Source: an uncultured virus (IMG/VR IMGVR_UViG_3300027833_000041) (Duplodnaviria > Heunggongvirae > Uroviricota > Caudoviricetes). From it: DNA of 20,000 nucleotides. The stretch lies in the IMG/VR virus record IMGVR_UViG_3300027833_000041; one strand, 5' to 3'. Positions 16,515 to 20,000 of the stretch are shown piece after piece. The notes under the pieces were generated by a model. That model was not told where the DNA came from, did no database searches, and saw only the letters and a program-made list of their open reading frames with translations. Numbering within the stretch: position 1 is the stretch's first letter; every line of letters begins with the position of its first letter. The translations under genes were made by a program, and so were the position numbers.

Positions 16515-17134
16515 TATAGTTCTTGGTTAAGCAGTTGCTTTTCTTTTTTAAGTTCTGTACTCATGTTGCGGTGGATAGTTCTAGTAGAACAACCCAATCG
16601 CCCTGCAATTGATTTTATGGTGAGCTTTTCACCAGCGTCGTGCATAAATAACATAGCGTCGTATATTTCCGCCTCGGATAGCTTTTGCTTTCCTACCATG
16701 CTGCCTACAATACTTAACTTCTCGTTAAGTGACAACCCACAATTGTCTTTAAATATAATTTTTCTAACTTTGTTAGCGGGTGGTCGTTCGAGGTCTTGCA
16801 TAGATACATCGTATACCATGCTTTCAATAAGTGCATCAGAGACGTTAAAGGTAACAAAACCGTTTTCTTTAGAGCAAAGATATTGAGTTAATGTTATAAA
16901 TTCGTCCTGATCCAATGCGTCGTTGAGGTACCACAATACATACAAGTGCCACTTCAGCGATTTGTATGTGTTGATTTTAGCTTTCGTTTGAAACAAAGCG
17001 TAGCACTCGTGCGTACCTGTTTCGTAAAAGTTACCCCATTCAAATTTAGCTGAAGGCTTGTCGGTAATTGGATTGCGGCGGTATATTATGCGCTTATCAT
17101 TTAAGTACTTCATATTCCGTTCATACTGTGACAT
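16514..17134 (-). CDS. Hypothetical protein with C-terminal helix-turn-helix
   Basis: LTIKSIAGRLGCSTRTIHRNM fits an HTH; coupled to the sigma factor gene (TAATG). Confidence 0.7.
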   Translation of the reverse strand: MSQYERNMKYLNDKRIIYRRNPITDKPSAKFEWGNFYETGTHECYALFQTKAKINTYKSLKWHLYVLWYLNDALDQDEFITLTQYLCSKENGFVTFNVSDALIESMVYDVSMQDLERPPANKVRKIIFKDNCGLSLNEKLSIVGSMVGKQKLSEAEIYDAMLFMHDAGEKLTIKSIAGRLGCSTRTIHRNMSTELKKEKQLLNQEL

Positions 17135-17155
17135 TAGCCTGTTACTATTATATCA

Positions 17156-17275
17156 TTATAAGCTACCGTCGCGTTCTTCCGAACCCAAGGTGGCATATAT
17201 AACTTGATCATCATTATTTTGAGCAAGCTCGTTCATTACTTTAATTAGGTATTGGTTACATACAGCTGTTGGCAT
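17156..17275 (-). CDS. Possible micro-ORF (39 aa)
   Basis: MPTAVCNQYLIKVMNELAQNNDDQVIYATLGSEERDGSL; fills the gap, with an alternative ATG at 17236. Confidence 0.35.
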   Translation of the reverse strand: MPTAVCNQYLIKVMNELAQNNDDQVIYATLGSEERDGSL

Positions 17276-17732
17276 ATCTAGTTATTTTAGTTTCGTTAGC
17301 ATTAGCTACGGTATGCTTTTCAGCTTCGTAGTAGTTCCAGTAAGCGTCAACCGAGCATTCTGATTTGTATTCATCAGGCATGCATTGTGGCGGCTGTTGC
17401 CATTCTTGAGATGGAATGCCAGGCGGCAAATCCATTAGCGTGTTGTAGCACTTTTCAATTGTCAAGTGCTTCTTACCATAGCGCCGCGTGTACTCGTTTC
17501 CGAGTGCAATCATATGTTCATATAACCAAAGGTAAGCGAGGTCGTTAGAGCGCGCCCAAATGGCCGAGGGATGGTTTTTATGAGTTGCTTTGTACGGCAC
17601 ATCATGGTTACCCAACTCGTGGTGCGCTGTGCATAACAATTGTGCAGACTCAAGAATCATCTTGACTACGTGTTTGTTGTATTGCACTCGCGCAGCTTCA
17701 TCGGGATCGTGGCTTAGGTAAAATATATTCAT
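17256..17732 (-). CDS. Pyrimidine-dimer DNA glycosylase (DenV)-like protein
   Basis: MNIFYL..DP..AA....KHVVKMILESAQLL, HKNHPSAIW and EYTRRYGKKH, recalled as typical of a phage family usually annotated this way. Confidence 0.7.
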   Translation of the reverse strand: MNIFYLSHDPDEAARVQYNKHVVKMILESAQLLCTAHHELGNHDVPYKATHKNHPSAIWARSNDLAYLWLYEHMIALGNEYTRRYGKKHLTIEKCYNTLMDLPPGIPSQEWQQPPQCMPDEYKSECSVDAYWNYYEAEKHTVANANETKITRYANSCM

Positions 17733-17824
17733 CGTTCTTTTTTGTCTAAGTACTCGAGCAACCGCATCGCGGCTCCGAGTGTTAACTGATCAGTTTCGTA
17801 CATGCGGTAGATTAATTTCCTCAC
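17729..17824 (-). CDS. Micro-ORF (31 aa)
   Basis: (GTG)MRKLIYRMYETDQLTLGAAMRLLEYLDKKER. Coupled at both ends (GTGA at 17821-17824, ATGA at 17729-17732). Confidence 0.65.
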   Translation of the reverse strand: MRKLIYRMYETDQLTLGAAMRLLEYLDKKER

Positions 17825-18012
17825 GATATCATCTTTATAAGTTTCAATCGACGCTCGTACTTGCGGATTAGCAATGCATTATTAGTAATAGACTTCTGCA
17901 GTTCCTTGTTCCAACCTGTGCGTGATGCTTGTATAGAGAGATTAATGCACTCTATATGCAACGTACCCAGGTAGTTACGTAACCTCTTGATGTGCTTATA
18001 GATCCGTATCAT
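17821..18012 (-). CDS. Hypothetical protein (63 aa, basic)
   Basis: Fits the tight gene packing, with short overlaps on both sides. Confidence 0.6.
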   Translation of the reverse strand: MIRIYKHIKRLRNYLGTLHIECINLSIQASRTGWNKELQKSITNNALLIRKYERRLKLIKMIS

Positions 18013-18298
18013 GCGCTAAACTTTTTTGTACCATGAAAGCTTTTTCTAAAATGCCTACTTGTACTTGGTTAAAGAATTCGTATACGCGATCGTGTACTTC
18101 CTCCATCATAATGTCCATTACTTCGTCATATTCATTATCGGTATGACCAAGCATGTTTACGTCAAAATTGTCCTCAATCCAGTTGTGCATTTCGTCTACG
18201 TCGCTAAAGAACACACCCGCTTTTAAGGCTTCCTCAATAACTTCAGACGCACCTTTGCGTACCAGTTGATCTTTGATTTGTGTTGAATTCTTATTCAT
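17996..18298 (-). CDS. Hypothetical acidic protein (100 aa)
   Basis: Start re-placed to ATG 18298 (MNKNSTQIKDQ), overlapping the ligase end by 8 nt. The upstream 130 codons of the track ORF lie inside the ligase gene. Confidence 0.7.
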   Translation of the reverse strand: MNKNSTQIKDQLVRKGASEVIEEALKAGVFFSDVDEMHNWIEDNFDVNMLGHTDNEYDEVMDIMMEEVHDRVYEFFNQVQVGILEKAFMVQKSLAHDTDL

Positions 18299-19145
18299 AG
18301 TTTCTAATTGCTTTAAATTGTGGGTGACGGTAGCTATTTGCTTTAGTACGCTCGAAGTAAGTGAACGTAGCTTGCTTGCCGATATAATCGTTAATGTTTT
18401 CAAGGATTTCTTTAAGCGCAATGTGGTTGAAGCCTTTACCGGGAGGGCAGCCGAATTCAATACCTGCTTCGTCGCGCATGATAAACTTGCCGAGCGTACC
18501 GGTGCGTTTGCCTTTGCCTTCGACATAATCAATAATCGTCGCTTCCTTATCGCTGAAGTCTTTGAACTTCTGCAAGTTGTACGAGCGTTTACACTCATAA
18601 ACTTTATTAAGGCGGATGATAGAGCCTTCGAAGCCGCCGCCGAGGTTAGCGTCGTGTATAGCACGGGCTTTGTCGAGTGAATCAACACGCATGGTTACGA
18701 GTGGAAACACGTGGTGTGGATCCGCATAAGGGAAGAAGTCACGTAGTAATTCATGGATAAACTTACTGCGATCGATAAACAAGATGTCGTTATCGTCGTC
18801 AATAATGTCGTACCAGTGAAATTGTACTAACGATTTGGCTTCGAGGCGGTCGTCATCAGTAGGCTTTTGCTTTCTGACGAGCGAAATGATTTTCTCGAAA
18901 TCGTTTTTGAGGGCGTGGTTGTATAGTTCGCCGTCAAGGATAAGATTTGGGTAGTCATGGAATAGCGGTTGTAATTCATCTTCAATGTGTTTGACGTTCA
19001 TAAATTGTTTACCGGTACGTGAGAACGCGCCGTCTTTAGTAAATAGACAACGTACGCCGTCAAGCTTTGGTTGAATATACACTTGCTCTGAAAAATCGAT
19101 CGGTTTGATACCTGCTTTGTACGCGAGCATGGGTTTGATATTCAT
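18291..19145 (-). CDS. ATP-dependent DNA ligase (minimal phage type)
   Basis: Motif I QPKLDGVR (adenylated Lys), III LDGELY, IIIa FHWYDI, IV FEGSIIR, V LQKFK, VI YRHPQF. Confidence 0.93.
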   Translation of the reverse strand: MNIKPMLAYKAGIKPIDFSEQVYIQPKLDGVRCLFTKDGAFSRTGKQFMNVKHIEDELQPLFHDYPNLILDGELYNHALKNDFEKIISLVRKQKPTDDDRLEAKSLVQFHWYDIIDDDNDILFIDRSKFIHELLRDFFPYADPHHVFPLVTMRVDSLDKARAIHDANLGGGFEGSIIRLNKVYECKRSYNLQKFKDFSDKEATIIDYVEGKGKRTGTLGKFIMRDEAGIEFGCPPGKGFNHIALKEILENINDYIGKQATFTYFERTKANSYRHPQFKAIRNYE

Positions 19146-19146
19146 A

Positions 19147-19392
19147 TTATTTGCTTTTAAGTTTCGTTATTTTCTTGTGTATTGTAGCGGCTAGCTCAAA
19201 CTCTTCGTCTTCTAGTGCTTTACTAAGCATTTCCTCTAAGCGTTTAAGCTCGTCGTCTAGATTAGGCATTTCGGTTTGAATGAGTATTTGAGTTTGCCAC
19301 TCTTGCATAAACTCTTCATCGAGTTCGGCTTGGCGCTCGAAGATCTTATCAACGATAATCGAGGCCAGCCTATCCATCTCATCCTCAGTCAT
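19147..19392 (-). CDS. Small acidic protein with C-terminal UVR (UvrB/C) coiled-coil motif
   Basis: LKRLEEMLSKALEDEEFELAATIHKKI matches the UVR pattern L...M..A...E.FE.AA....I. Confidence 0.75.
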   Translation of the reverse strand: MTEDEMDRLASIIVDKIFERQAELDEEFMQEWQTQILIQTEMPNLDDELKRLEEMLSKALEDEEFELAATIHKKITKLKSK

Positions 19393-19646
19393 TAAACGTG
19401 ATCGAAGTTGAACGTGTTGATAACGTAGTTGTTGATGAATTTACCTTTGCTCGCAGACTCTTGTAAGCCGTGGAACGTGAAGCGCGGTACACGTGAGTAC
19501 TTGTACTTAGCGCCGTTAGTAAAGGTAAGTGTTAACGCTTCGTTAGCGTAGTCGTAGTCAGCAGACTTAATTGCTTCTGAATCAACGTTAACTGTTGCGC
19601 TGATGTTTGATTTCACAAAAGATTGTGGTGATAAATTGAATTTCAT
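19392..19646 (-). CDS. KTSC domain protein
   Basis: VDSEAIKSADYD....LTLTFTNGAKYKYSRVP....GL..SASKGKFINNYV matches the KTSC pattern. Confidence 0.88.
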   Translation of the reverse strand: MKFNLSPQSFVKSNISATVNVDSEAIKSADYDYANEALTLTFTNGAKYKYSRVPRFTFHGLQESASKGKFINNYVINTFNFDHV

Positions 19647-19702
19647 AGTTATTGTTTTTAGTTTATTATATTATCGATTTGTGTTCGTGTTGGTTTTGTA
19701 AG
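19647..19702 (-). promoter_or_regulatory. Putative phage promoter region
   Basis: On the - strand it reads CTTACAAAACCAACACGAACACAAATCGATAATATAATAAAC, with a TATAAT-containing core at 19661-19676. Confidence 0.45.
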
Positions 19703-19864
19703 CTATTTCTCTTCGGCGTTAAACCATTCGTTTATTGTTCTATCAGCATATCCGGCAGCGTAAGCAACCCTTCTCACTAATTCCATAAACTCGCTGAAGT
19801 CAAGGTCATCGTTTTCTCTTTCGATAGAAACCTTTTCATCATAATGCTCAACTGTTATTTTCAT
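19703..19864 (-). CDS. Hypothetical protein (53 aa)
   Basis: MKITVEHYDEKVSIERENDDLDFSEFMELVRRVAYAAGYADRTINEWFNAEEK; ATGA-coupled to the upstream ORF. Confidence 0.7.
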   Translation of the reverse strand: MKITVEHYDEKVSIERENDDLDFSEFMELVRRVAYAAGYADRTINEWFNAEEK

Positions 19865-19998
19865 TTCTCTTTTGTGTTAAAGGTTTCTATTAAATCTCTA
19901 ATCCGTAACTCAAGGTCATCAACTCTTCCTTTTAGGAATATTTTCTTCCGATTAGACTCCACATCAAAACTTGAGTGCCAATAAACTTCATTCATCAC
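19861..19998 (-). CDS. Hypothetical protein (probably 5'-truncated at the window edge)
   Basis: ...VMNEVYWHSSFDVESNRKKIFLKGRVDDLELRIRDLIETFNTKEK; frame open to the edge, and its TGA overlaps the next ATG. Confidence 0.55.
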   Translation of the reverse strand: MMNEVYWHSSFDVESNRKKIFLKGRVDDLELRIRDLIETFNTKEK

Positions 19999-20000
19999 AA

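Noticed and set aside
6699..16886. Numerous + strand and alternate-frame ORFs inside nrdA, primase-helicase, exonuclease, ERF and sigma genes
   Set aside because: They overlap strongly supported genes and have no motifs of their own.
18299..18688. 130-codon upstream extension of ORF 17996..18688 overlapping the ligase in another frame
   Set aside because: The extension is Ser/Ala/Lys-rich with no recognizable motif, and a well-placed ATG at 18298 overlaps the ligase end. Treated as a chance open frame.
1..20000. CRISPR array, tRNA/rRNA genes, integrase or IS elements, alternative genetic code
   Set aside because: No repeat-spacer arrays or RNA-gene structures were seen by eye and the intergenic gaps are short. 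Conserved genes are full length under the standard code, and TAA, TGA and TAG all act as stops.

Overview
A 20-kb segment of a lytic dsDNA tailed phage, probably infecting a marine Bacteroidota/Flavobacteriia host (inferred from AT-rich start regions without Shine-Dalgarno sites, TAATG/ATGA gene overlaps and Bacteroidota-phage-style proteins). Two transcription blocks converge on a bidirectional terminator at about 6544-6578. The + strand late block (3-6537) holds the end of a very large putative internal virion protein, an M15 peptidase endolysin, a membrane protein, an exported Cys-less thioredoxin-fold protein, a probable outer-membrane beta-barrel, and four small basic proteins sharing an SPxK motif. 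The - strand early/middle block (6578-20000) holds a KTSC protein, a UVR-motif protein, ATP-dependent ligase, a DenV-like glycosylase, an HTH protein, a sigma-70-like factor, ERF, a RecE-like exonuclease, SSB, primase-helicase, a ThyA-family enzyme, a GIY-YIG-like/MazG-like fusion, a second small MazG-like protein, T7 endonuclease I, nrdB, nrdA and several micro-ORFs missing from the ORF track. The most interesting signal is that the ThyA homolog has Asp at the dUMP-specificity position (E. coli Asn177), the signature of dCMP-modifying enzymes, and sits directly upstream of the nuclease/NTP-pyrophosphatase genes. This suggests a compact cytosine-substitution (5mC or 5hmC) system. All family calls come from motif recognition by eye; no searches were run.
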